Source: Nemertoderma westbladi
Taxonomy: Eukaryota > Animalia > Xenacoelomorpha
NCBI GenBank assembly: GCA_032718475.1
Contig: JAUCBJ010007234.1
Span: 26,099-90,098, forward strand
Direction of reading: 5' to 3'
Length of the DNA: 64,000 bases
Numbering within the stretch: the stretch's first letter is position 1; every line of letters starts with the position of its first letter. Below are positions 25,891 through 37,693 of this stretch, in pieces. A model generated the notes under the pieces. The model had not been told where the DNA came from, did not search any database, and was given only the letters and a program-made list of their open reading frames with translations. The translations under genes were made by a program, and so were the position numbers.

Positions 25891-27087
25891 TGTTCGCGCT
25901 TTCAGACCTTTGGCAGTTTAACCCACCAAATTAAGATGTCTTCTAGATATTAAATCGGTTTTTAGTCTATGACAAGTATTTGATTCACTACACTAGTCGA
26001 AACCAATCTGTGCGCGATCATTCACCCGCTGGATATTATTCCCAGGAGATTGGGTTCGACGGTTTAATTTTATTGCTATGTAAGCCTAATGTATTATTCG
26101 ACTGACAGTACTATATAATCTCTGACAATATTATTCACCTTCGGTAATATTAACAGTTCCTTTAGGACGTGGCGCTTTATCTATATAAACAGAGTTATGA
26201 CTTAAACTACTCACAACGATCTGGCTTAATTATAATTCACATATATGGCGCATTCTTTAGGAATTGCTTCTTTAACAGACTCACTCATACACAATGCTGC
26301 ACAATACTGCACACTAATCTGCCAATCTTCACTGATTTTAGTCACATATAAAAGGAACACAGACTGACTCATGTAGGGTTTATCAAATAACATTAGATTC
26401 ACTTCAAACCACTTTAACATAAGTCACAATCGTTTATCTGTAACCCTTCTCTCTTACCTTTGGTATATCAAGAATATTGGGTTTCGGGGTTATTTATCGT
26501 TATTCCAAATATAATAATTCATCAACCATATTATGAAGAACTGACGGTAAATAGCAGTATAAAACAACAATGAAAACACTGATTGTTATGAGTTTGCAAT
26601 GTTTCAGCAGTCAGTATGTATGATCAGTTAGCAGTTAAAGGATATATGTCCTTGTAATTAAACCTACTAGTGTAAGACTAAAAACTGAAACACGGAGGTG
26701 CCAAAAGCCGGTTCTTAGGCTCTGAGCAAAAACATAACACTGAACTACTGAGTTTCTGTATATACCTCCAACACAGAGATAACAAACGCTCTGATTGGTC
26801 AACCTGAACAACGAGAGAACAGAGAAACAAAGAAACGTCGACGTGGCAATATCAGCTGCTAGCCGTCGTCATGGTAGCGACACTGTTTTCAAGAGTATCG
26901 AGCTTTTACGTCACGGAATTACGGATTATGTCCTCTAAAGTACAAATACAGAAGAAATAGCTTTTATGTCCGCTAAAACACCAGTACAGCAAGGACACGG
27001 CCCTTTTATGCCTGGTAAACCAACTACAGAGTATTTTACGGGAAAAATAAGGAAAAATAACCGGACAATTCAGCAAAAGCTTTTACA
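25891..27087 (-). repeat. 3' LTR of BEL element A
   Basis: Direct repeat of 36484-37688 with few differences; preceded by the PPT on the minus strand. Confidence 0.95.
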
Positions 27088-30000
27088 CCGCTCCCAGAAA
27101 ATGGGATTTTCAGTCTATAAAATATAAAAATCACAGTTTCTAAAACATAAAGATACTCTAAACAGTTAGTCTTTCTTGCGCGGACGGCGTTTACGCAGTT
27201 TTTTAAAGCTAGCAAGAGTCATTTTCTCTTTGGGGGAAGCCACTTTACTAGGAGGGCCATAACTCCTGGGTGAAGGGTGCAATATGATTGCATTAAAAGG
27301 TTTGGGTTTACGGTCGGTGTCTCGTCCATTTCGATATGCTTCTCCTCGAGCTGATTTTCCTCCGCTTGTCATGGGATACGTTCGTCCAAAACTCTCGCAG
27401 AGAATAGGGTTTTCTAAGCTTGATATCTTCTTTGAGATTCGAGGTTTCCCAATCGAACTGAGATAAGGCCAATTTGTTTATCGATTGGACTTACTGTTGT
27501 AACTTACGTTTATCTGAACAAACGCAGGTTTCTTTTTGATCTTTATAGAATAGCGTTTAACTCGTTTCGTACAACGCTCTCCTTCACTTTGATGAAGGGT
27601 TGTATCGCGTTAAACGGGACGACCATACGGTTGGATAATGATATTAGGTGTCTGCGTCATAATCCAGCTAGGTAAGATGGGCGGCTAGCTAGAAATCACT
27701 GTCGGAGTGTTACCGATTAATTGTTAGGGTAGCACTAGATCTTTGAACAGTGAATACAGTCCGCGAGGATCCGCGACACCACCAGGATCGCAGGTCTGAG
27801 GTCCAACTAAGGAATGAGGAGGTTTGACCGAGTATTCCGGGACTCTGATCGTAGGTTTACTCCAGGATCGTTCGAGCCGAGTGAGCATAGGTGATACGTC
27901 AACAAGTTTCGGTTTACATGGATGTTTATGTCTTTCCGTTTATTATTTGGGTCTAGGGCGTTTATCGTAATAATACCAAAGACGCACGTCTGGTAGGGTA
28001 AACGCGGGTGACATTTATTTGTTGTTACAATGCTTCTATCAAGAATTCCAAATATACTTTGGAGTTACCGCGTCCATTTGTTTCTTTAGTGTCTTTTCTT
28101 TCGAGCCGATTTCGAATAGAATTTTCGCATTCGAATTTCAGTTTATGGTTCCGACTCCGCTGGGCAGGATATATAGTCGACATAGTCCGTATTGTGTAAA
28201 TCGATAGGATGACCAGTAGTTAAGAAGACCATATACGTACCATTACGCTGCGTATATCGAGCAGCGAATTTTCTATAGTCCAACTCGCGCGCGGGCTGCT
28301 CTTGGGACATTGGCGGTTCGATATAACGACCATAGTCCTCCGCAGCAGTTGGACTAACGTCGCCGCGTATTAAGCTATCAACAAACGCTTGCAAAAATAG
28401 AGTATATCGCTCCCCGATACCAAGACCATCTTCTATCAACTCCGTCATATCTGCTATATATGAGTTTATCCATATTATAATGAGTTTATATTTAGGCGAG
28501 CGGGCGTCGCTGCCTACCCCAATCAACCCCGGACAGTACGAGATCCTCAGCGCCGATGTGTCGTCGCCGCTGTACTTTCGCCAACGACGTAGCCGCACAA
28601 CGACAACGACAACCGACACAAGTCACTCGACTGTCCGTCCCAAAGACTTAGATGTACTTCAGGTTTTCCTTGGAGAGTTAGGTTACTTTTACGATTGCGA
28701 CTAGCTACTGTAAACACACCTTAGCAGTAACATTCACCTATAAACTCACAAATACCACACACACAACTTGTCACAAATTACACACATTCGGGCCATTTGT
28801 CCGTTAGTCAATGCCTTCCAGAATGTCACTGTATTATTATGTATCCTTGGATACTAGTGCACTATTTATTCCCTATGCTATTCAATGGGACAAGCTTTCT
28901 ATTGTTCTTTTAACTCAATTCTAATTCTAGCGTGGTTGTTGCTATGGTGACATTATGCAAAGCTAGCGGTAGAATTAGAGCAATTCCAATGCATACAGAT
29001 CTGGGATGTTATTTAATAGTATTCTTTAATAGTCAATGTTCTGTTTTATACATGACTTTATGAATTTTATCGGCTATTGACTATGTTTGGGAGACTTTCG
29101 CACACTCATACACATAATAAGATAAATCTCCGCTCCCTTGATCTATTAATTAATGGAATTTTGGGAATGTTATAAATTGCGTAAAAATGGCAATTTATTA
29201 AATTCATTAAAAGGCATGAATTTAAATTTATTCCCTGAAATTTTATTATTTGATAATTAAATTGACATATTTTGATTCTAGAATATGTCTGGGGACACAA
29301 GATCCTTAATTCTATGACAATTGTCTTTTTAAGAATATCGGTAAATGCTACGATATCTTAATTGACTAGAATTGCTGAAGGATCTGAATTTTACAGATTT
29401 TGATTTATTAGATTTGCAAATATTAAATAATTAATATTTGAGATGGGCACCGATTTATTCCAGAACTTGTCTGGGGACGTTAACCACTGATTCTAGAATT
29501 TGTCTTTCAAGTATATCGGTGGGTGCCGCGATATCTTAATCGACTAGAATTACAGATGGTCAAAGGGTTTAACAGATTTATTTTGCGTTATACGCTACTG
29601 TTAAAGGGACATCACGCTACTATATGTATTATTTAATATACGGTATGAGAGCAATATCGCACGAAGCAATGTCAGTGTGAAGAGGCAAGTCGTTTCCAAG
29701 GTCTACCCAGAGCTTGATTTAGCCGAGACACGAGGATCTGAACTTTGCATTCCTAATACTCTGCCTACCAATAATACTTAAATATAGTAGTGGCTTTATT
29801 GTACTTTAATAAGTACGGACATTTCATCTTACTGTAGTTACGTATTTATAATAGAATACGAGCAGTAAGGAAAGAGAAAAATAATTATTTCTCGCCGTCG
29901 CACTAAATATAATATAAGTAATTACGTACGCAATAAACACGAATATATTGCACTATTCTACTAAATAATCGCTAAATAATATTCTACTGAATAAAATTAA

Positions 30001-30100
30001 AGAAAACGATTATAATAAAATTACATAGTAATACATACAGAAATATAAAAATAATAAAATAATATAAAATAATAGAGTCACACACCCACTCCATATGTTG

Positions 30101-31225
30101 TTACGTTATGGAGTCCCTAGATGTTTGAAGGATTAGGGAGGTGGTCGTGGGAAGAGAATCTTGCCTTCCACAGTTTCCGGAGAGTCCTCCATTCCCTTCC
30201 GATAAACACAAACGACCGACTGGGTGATTGAGTCGCTGCATCCTGAATACAATTCCAGGTTTCCTCTTCGTCCTGGAATAGTGACGATAGAAACATCGCT
30301 CAAAGTATATGACGGCGTCACAAAGCCGATTCCAGGAGCTATAGTGGTCCGTCGCTCTCTGTAGGAGAGGTGAGAGTCCCTGCGAGACGTCTGATGTTCC
30401 AGAGCTCCAATCGCTCTCTCTGATCTTCATGAAGGATCCACTCGCGGAGGGGAGGCCCAGATCCACGGCGTCGTCCCTGGCAACATGTAATACCGACAGA
30501 TCTATCCCGGGTTCAAATAACTCCGATCCACCCGTCCGGGTTTCAGGTTCGACTTTCTCCGCTCCCTTGGCTGGTCTAATCTCAGTCGGAGTAAGATGGG
30601 GAGGCCATTCATTCTCCTTACTCAGGAAGTCGGGTTCACCTAACCGATCTATAGTATCTGTTAGTTCTTGAGGAGTTGCTCCTCTGGAAGCGATGTCCGT
30701 TGGATTAAACTTCTTGGGGCAATATCTCCATTGATCTACATTGGAGCTAAGATTGTCATTATCTGAGGAGTGTGGTGTTCCCTCAGTTGGGTCGTCTCCC
30801 TCACTAGTATCGTCTTCCCATTCACTCACCTGGCAGACGCGATCTTGAAGCAGTCTTTCCCTGAGCGTTCTACGGGAAGGTCCAGTAAGGTACCAACCTA
30901 CTCTAGTTCTTACCGCATAGGTCTGTAGTGGCTGCGGTTGAGCAGGCCGTTTCTCTAATGTCTCCAGCGCCTCATGCGCGTTTTGGCCGATGAGTATTTG
31001 CACTCCAGGATAATCAGTCTGGAATCGAGGTATGCTAAGATGTTGGATGCTCTCATCCTCGTCCCAATTATAAAGGTCTGCTTGAGTAGTAGCGAAGTTC
31101 TTTATAGCCACCATTTTCACTGACCTTATGCTATGTTCTCCTAGTTCGTCCTGGGGGGTGGACAACTCACCTATATAATAGTCGGCAGCCACAGCAGATT
31201 TCCAAACCTGCATGATCCCTGACAT
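30101..31225 (-). pseudogene. BEL pol remnant (protease C-terminus fused to RNase H tail)
   Basis: ILIGQNA..YAVRTRVGWYLTGP jumps directly to QWRYCPKKFNPTDIASRG and YSSWNRL. No YVDD RT motif and no integrase. Confidence 0.8.
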
Positions 31226-34200
31226 GTTTAGCTTGGTTCGGAACTTGGGTTGTCCAGCAAAGATGTGCTAGTTCTTTATCGATGAATGTTCCTGTGCTAC
31301 CGGAGTCCAGGAGGGCGTTCACTATATAGCTCTTCTGAGGTCCGTGGACCTGTAACTGGACTACAGGAAATTCTCGGATTCCTATATTGGAAGTTGGAGC
31401 TTTCCAAGATGGTTGTTGATCGGAAGTAGTTAAGGTAAGGTCGCTGTCTGTGTCTTTCTCATACACAAGTGCTCGATACACTGCGGTGGTGTTTATTAGG
31501 TAACAGGATTCGTTTTGGTCGGAGAACTCGTCCGTATAGAATCCTTCCATCTCAGATTGATCAGTGTCGTTCACATCACTGAATTGGACATGTAGTTCGG
31601 ACTCACTTACCTGACTCGGGCTGTTTCGTTCGAATTCCGTGTGCAACAAGATATGATGTTTTGCGCCGCACTTTGCACACCTTGCGTCGGAGTTACAGGT
31701 TCGCCGTTGGTGTCCTCGTCTGAGGCAATTATAACACAACCGCTTATCCCACATGACTTCACGTCTATCCTTTAGTGATTTCCTCAGGAATTTATCACAC
31801 GCATTTAAACGGTGGGGCCCGTCGCACAGCACACATTTCGGCTTGATGTTACTTACTTTAACCTGTGCTATGTGGTGCACACTTGTTCTTTCCTCGGGCT
31901 TTCTCACCTGAATTCTTTTAGGAGACGTAGGAAGGGTTTTTTGTACCGGTTCCCTTCTGTCATTGGGTCGAGACTCGGATTTACTTACCTGATCTTTAGG
32001 CATTTTATTGACATAATAAGATCTGTCAGTGTCTTTCCCGCTGTCCTCTCCTTGAGAAGTTTGGCTTTCACCGTCGTCGGTATAACATACTGGTGTTACC
32101 CTTCTCCTAGAAACGGGTTTCTCACTTACCTTGTTTTCCAATGTCTTCTCTCTGGACTGCCTTAGGAGCTGTAATTTCACTTCTCCATCTAAGAATGACA
32201 TGAGATCAGCCATGGTAGGGTCTCGTCGTCGTTGTTCCATCATATATAACACTTTCTTATCCCAGCGTGTACCTACTCCACCCTTCGGTAAAGCAGAAGC
32301 CACTGCTCTAATAACCATAGCACTCTGATACTCATGAGACTTACCTAGCCAATCTAATTGTCTGCAGATCTCCTGAATTTCATCGGAAAACTCTATAATC
32401 CCGCTGCTAATAAACTTTCGGGGCGCTACCAACTTTGCATACAAATACCCAGCTATGTTATTCCTATTACCATACCTGATGTTTAGTGTATCCCAAACTT
32501 GTCTTAATCCGTCTGGATGTCCAATAAACCTTAACGCCATTAACTTGGGAGATCCTTCCAAGCACTCGATGAGGTATCTAAGTTTTTCTCCATTAGATAG
32601 TACAGAGTTCTGTATATTATCTTTGTAATATTCATTAAAAGGTAACCATTTCATCTCATCTCCATTGAACTTAACGATCTCTCCCACCTTTACCGCTTGC
32701 CGGGCTTCGGTTCTAGCCATTTGACGCGTAAAACTTTCTTGAACCATCGTGTTATTTAATATCGAGTTATCGGTATATAAATTTCTCGGATTATGATCAG
32801 TTCTATAGGGAATGTCATTATCAACAGGTCTATAATTACCCTTAATAGGGTTCACTATAGGAGTTTCTACTTCGCTAGCAGTATATATGCGTGTAGGCTC
32901 CACACCTTGCGCATGCGATACTTCAGACCTAACAGGTTGACACATTGTTACAGAGGGTGGTGGTATACCCCTTTGAGTATTTACTAATTTATCGCGTTCG
33001 AGCGCGATACTTTGCTGCACTTCTTGCAACTCTAGTCTACTTTCCCTTACTGTGCCCTTGAACTGCTGGACAGTCTCCTGCATCTGTCCGAGCAGGATAT
33101 CCATCCCCCGTCGTCTCTCGTCCACCCATTCGACCGCCAAAGCGGGAGTCGCCAACGTTGTAGCGGGCGGACGAGGGACAACGGGCGACAAATCTGGAAT
33201 ATTTCGCTCGGAGTCCAGGGTATGCACTGTCTCATGGACTGTTCTGTTGGGCACAGGTAGCTTAGTGCTGTGCAAAGGGAATTGAGAAGTAGGTTCAGGG
33301 AGTACAGGTGTCTCTACGACCGAAAGGGTAGCTTCGGGAACAGGCCTAATTATTTCAGGCTCATCTACTATAGTAGGGAGTCTCTCTATTGTAATTATTT
33401 GGTCTGTGGGTTCTGTACTACCTACTTTGGTGTTATTTAGTTGCCTTCTAACAGCTGGAGGCAAATCAGGCAATTTCTGCCGGTGGAATGTTCTTTTACG
33501 TCTGCTTAGGCGAGATCGATTTCTTCCGCCTTCAGTGTCGGTGGTATCGCCTTCCTCAGATGATGTATATCCCTGTCTTTTGGGATTAGATCGATTCATC
33601 ATCTGCATATTACTAGCTGTTAACTGTTTATTTATGCAGTCTTGATTCTCCTGAATGTTTTCCAATTCTAATTGGGTGGTTTCTTCAGCCGCTTTCCGTT
33701 CTGCTTCTGCCACTTTTGCCTCTGCCGCTGCCTCTGCCTCTGCCGCTGCCTCTGCCGCTTTTGCCTCTGCCGCTGCCTCTGCCGCTTTTGCCTCTGCCGC
33801 TGCCTCTGCCGCTTTTGCCTTGGCCGCTGCCTCTGCCGCTTTTGCCTTGGCCGCTACCTCTGCCGCTTTTGCGTTGGCCGCTACCTCTGCCGCCTTTGCC
33901 TTGGCCGCTGCCGCCTTTCTTTCTGCTTCTGCAGCTACCACTGCTGCTTTCTTTCTGTCTTCTATGCGTTTTTTCTTTACTTGCTCTTCTTGGACTCGTG
34001 TCAGGCGGAGTTGTTCATCAAATTTGGCCTGATTCGCAGCCCTCATTTCCACATCGATGGCATCCAACACAAGCTTGGTTCCTTCACTATTAGGGCTAAG
34101 TCCCTCTAACCTTCTCCTCAACTCGTCATCACCTAAAAAACGTTGATAGTCTGACAGATAGATGTCAATGGCATCCCTCTTATGCGGTTTCTCTGCTGTC

Positions 34201-34259
34201 ACTTCGCTCTCGGTTGTATCTAGTAGACTGTCTGACAGGTTCTGCTTTGCGTCAGACAT
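31167..34259 (-). CDS. BEL/Pao Gag-protease with Ala/Glu/Lys repeat N-terminus
   Basis: KFNGDEMKWLPF..EKLRYLIECLEG (DUF1759-like); CVLCDGPHRLNAC, CYNCLRRGHQRRTC, CAKCGAKHHILLH knuckles; ALLDSGSTGTFI protease. Confidence 0.9.
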   Translation of the reverse strand: MSDAKQNLSDSLLDTTESEVTAEKPHKRDAIDIYLSDYQRFLGDDELRRRLEGLSPNSEGTKLVLDAIDVEMRAANQAKFDEQLRLTRVQEEQVKKKRIEDRKKAAVVAAEAERKAAAAKAKAAEVAANAKAAEVAAKAKAAEAAAKAKAAEAAAEAKAAEAAAEAKAAEAAAEAEAAAEAKVAEAERKAAEETTQLELENIQENQDCINKQLTASNMQMMNRSNPKRQGYTSSEEGDTTDTEGGRNRSRLSRRKRTFHRQKLPDLPPAVRRQLNNTKVGSTEPTDQIITIERLPTIVDEPEIIRPVPEATLSVVETPVLPEPTSQFPLHSTKLPVPNRTVHETVHTLDSERNIPDLSPVVPRPPATTLATPALAVEWVDERRRGMDILLGQMQETVQQFKGTVRESRLELQEVQQSIALERDKLVNTQRGIPPPSVTMCQPVRSEVSHAQGVEPTRIYTASEVETPIVNPIKGNYRPVDNDIPYRTDHNPRNLYTDNSILNNTMVQESFTRQMARTEARQAVKVGEIVKFNGDEMKWLPFNEYYKDNIQNSVLSNGEKLRYLIECLEGSPKLMALRFIGHPDGLRQVWDTLNIRYGNRNNIAGYLYAKLVAPRKFISSGIIEFSDEIQEICRQLDWLGKSHEYQSAMVIRAVASALPKGGVGTRWDKKVLYMMEQRRRDPTMADLMSFLDGEVKLQLLRQSREKTLENKVSEKPVSRRRVTPVCYTDDGESQTSQGEDSGKDTDRSYYVNKMPKDQVSKSESRPNDRREPVQKTLPTSPKRIQVRKPEERTSVHHIAQVKVSNIKPKCVLCDGPHRLNACDKFLRKSLKDRREVMWDKRLCYNCLRRGHQRRTCNSDARCAKCGAKHHILLHTEFERNSPSQVSESELHVQFSDVNDTDQSEMEGFYTDEFSDQNESCYLINTTAVYRALVYEKDTDSDLTLTTSDQQPSWKAPTSNIGIREFPVVQLQVHGPQKSYIVNALLDSGSTGTFIDKELAHLCWTTQVPNQAKHVRDHAGLEICCGCRLLYR

Positions 34260-35629
34260 GCTTATGTGTACAGTTGAATGTCTACTGCTGTATTACAGTC
34301 TGAGCAAGTCTAGTAACTCAGTATTAACTGCTAGCCTAGTAATTAATTACCGGTACTGCTACTCAGTGTAGCGTGATATATATATAATATATTAGAATAC
34401 CGGTATGCTTATAGTATATATAACTATTATTACAGACTAGGTTTATCACAGAATACCGGTATAATTTTAGCACAAATATATATAAATATATAATAGGCCT
34501 ATCGGAATACCGGTATACAGCTTACTGTTTGTAGTATATATAATTCTAGAATAGAATTAATTACAAGTACCGGTATAATTTCAGCCTAGATTTATAGAAA
34601 TAAGATAATAGGCCTATCGTAAATACCGGTATATCAATTATTTTAGAATAATTGAATTTCTGAACTTTAGGGTTACTTGGTTACTTTAACTTACTTTATT
34701 ACCGTTATTTAAGCAGTAATCCAACTGATATTGAGACCTAATGGTTTTATGGTAGGCCTACTATTTATAAATCGTTAGATTTGATTTATAATGTATTTAT
34801 ACCCGTTTTAATGGGTTTAGTCAATGTTTGAAATAAATGTTATTATTTCTGGGGTAATCACTACACAAAGCGGTGCGCTTTTTAGTGAAGTGTTACGTAT
34901 AGGACACTAAAACAAATAATTCTAATTTACCTAAGTTACTTAATACTACAAATTACGTACAATTCGGGTGAGATTACAATCTCTAAATAAACACAAAAAT
35001 TTACAAAAAAAAAACACAAAATACGAATTTTTAGGGTAATTTTACAAGAAGTCTACAAACCAGCCTAACAAAGGGTTAGATAACCGGTTATTACAACGGA
35101 CAGGGTACTACGGTATTTGAAATAATAAGTAGTAGTAAATACACTGCGTTGTCTAGATAGGAAAATACTACCGCCTGACGACCTATAGCCGTATCGCTAT
35201 AGGTTCTACATTATGTATCACGGAGTGTTCCTACCTAGAAGTTAATAGAGCTAATCGAATGTGCCTATCAACCACTTTACAACACAGATATAATGTCTAC
35301 AATAATTACTTCGGAAAGTACTGTACACTAAACCCTAAATTAGGTACGAGTACTTGTACAACAAATAATCAGTAGTTAAATATACTTGAACAGCTAAAAG
35401 AACCACGGCATCTGCTGGAGTGACCGATGCACAAAATCACCAGTCTTTACCTACGCCGAGCAGCCCGTGTAGTACCGGGGTTAATTTAACTATAGCGGTA
35501 TGTATAACAAACACAATTACTGTAGGAACAAACTTGGGGAATGAATGTTGCGGATAATCGCATAAACTCTGAATAATAAATATTACGCTACGCGTACAAA
35601 CCACTCAAACAAAATACAGACCGAACACT

Positions 35630-36140
35630 GACAGACTACTATCAAGCCTAAACAAACTACGGTATATGCAGACTCCGAAATGATTAGGGAGTATGCGCTC
35701 TAACCCAGTAGGGCGACTTATTCTTTAGTTGGGGGTTTACCTTACAGCGTTCGCTGCCCCTACTGCCTAACCGTACTTAATCGGACAGATGATCTACACA
35801 CGCGGCAATCCGTTCAGACCTAATAATAGCCAGACAACTATCCAGCCTACAAATTATCTAAGTAAAATTATACGCTACCCGTACAGACTTACACAAACAA
35901 AGTACAGACTAAACGATGGCAGACTACTCTCAAGCCTAAATAAACTACAGGACATGCAGACTCCGAAATGATTAGGGAGTATGCGCTCTAACCCAGTAGT
36001 GCGACTTATTCTTTAGTTGGGGGTTTACCTTACAGCGTTCGCTGTCCCTACTGCCTAATCGTACTTAATCGGACAGGTGATCTACACACACTGCAATTCG
36101 TTCGGACTTAACAGCAATCAGACAACAGCTCAGCCTACAA
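35630..36140. repeat. Tandem duplication (~288-bp period) in the BEL A 5' leader
   Basis: gactccgaaatgattagggagtatgcgctc... occurs at 35671 and 35959. Confidence 0.85.
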
Positions 36141-36483
36141 ATCGTCTGTACAATCTGATCAGGCTTACACGCCTTCTGTTCAATACTGGCCTACAAATAA
36201 ATAAAACTTGACAGAAATAAGTAAAATCTCAATAAAAAATCAGGGCGGCCGTTCCCTGATTAAGTACTAAGACCTACCGGTATACAACAATCAAATCAAA
36301 TAATACTAGTGTACTTATACGGAAGTACCGGTTAGGACAGCTAGGCCTACGGAATACAGAAGTACCGGTTCTAGCGGTTGGGCCTACTGACTACTGACCT
36401 ACAGATGTACCGGTTCAGGTTTACCGGTTGACCGGTACTTTCAACTTTATTGCTTACTGCAACAAAGAAGCTATATCCTTTAA

Positions 36484-37688
36484 TGTTCGCGCTTTCAGAC
36501 CTTTGGCAGTTTAACCCACCAAATTAAGATGTCTTCTAGATATTAAATCGGTTTTTAGTCTATGACAAGTATTTGATTCACTACACTAGTCGAAACCAAT
36601 CTGTGCGCGATCATTCACCCGCTGGATATTCCCGGGAGATTGGGTTCGACGGTTTAATTTTATTGCTATGTAACTATGCTATTGCTATGTAGTATTATTC
36701 GACTGACAGTACTATATAATCTCTGACAATATTATTCACCTTCGGTAATATTAACAGTTCCTTTAGGACGTGGCGCTTTATCTATATAAACAGAGTTATG
36801 ACTTAAACTACTCACAACGATCTGGCTTAATTATAATTCACATATATGGCGCATTCTTTAGGAATTGCTTCTTTAACAGACTCACTCATACACAATGCTG
36901 CACAATACTGCACACTAATCTGCCAATCTTCACTGATTTTAGTCACATATAAAAGGAACACAGACTGACTCATGTAGGGTCTATCAAATAACATTAGATT
37001 CACTTCAAACCACTTTAACATAAGTCACAATCGTTTATCTGTAACCCTTCTCTCTTACCTTCGGTATATCAAGAATATTGGGTTTCGGGGTTATTTATCG
37101 TTATTCCAAATATAATAATTCATCAACCATATTATGAAGAACTGACGGTAAATAGCAGTATAAAACAACAATGAAAACACTGATTGTTATGAGTTTGCAA
37201 TGTTTCAGCAGTCAGTATGTATGATCAGTTAGCAGTTAAAGGATATATGTCCTTGTAATTAAACCTACTAGTGTAAGACTAAAAACTGAAACACGGAGGT
37301 GCCAAAAGCCGGTTCTTAGGCTCTGAGCAAAAACATAACACTGAACTACTGAGTTTCTGTATATACCTCCAACACAGAGATAACAAACGCTCTGATTGGT
37401 CAACCTGAACAACGAGAGAACAGAGAAACAAAGAAACGTCGACGTGGCAATATCAGCTGCTAGCCGTCGTCATGGTAGCGACACTGTTTTCAAGAGTATC
37501 GAGCTTTTACGTCACGGAATTACGGATTATGTCCTCTAAAGTACAAATACAGAAGAAATAGCTTTTATGTCCGCTAAAACACCAGTACAGCAAGGACACG
37601 GCCCTTTTATGCCTGGTAAACCAACTACAGAGTATTTTACGGGAAAAATAAGGAAAAATAACCGGACAATTCAGCAAAAGCTTTTACA
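36484..37688 (-). repeat. 5' LTR of BEL element A
   Basis: Direct repeat of 25891-27087. Confidence 0.95.
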
Positions 37689-37693
37689 GAGTA

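Larger units (their letters stand above)
25891..37688 (-). mobile_element. Non-autonomous BEL/Pao LTR retrotransposon (gag and PR retained; RT and integrase deleted), 5-bp TSD GAGTA
   Basis: Near-identical ~1.2-kb TG..CA LTRs; gagta at 25886-90 and 37689-93; PPT (gggagcgg on minus strand) at 27088-27095. Confidence 0.93.

Noticed and set aside
26169-26420. Duplicated small ORFs (also 36770-37021)
   Set aside because: Identical only because they lie in the two LTRs.
33655-34109. TolA-like AAEAKA tract suggesting bacterial DNA, and its antisense Cys/Pro-Leu ORFs
   Set aside because: Low-complexity expansion within BEL Gag; the antisense ORFs are shadows.
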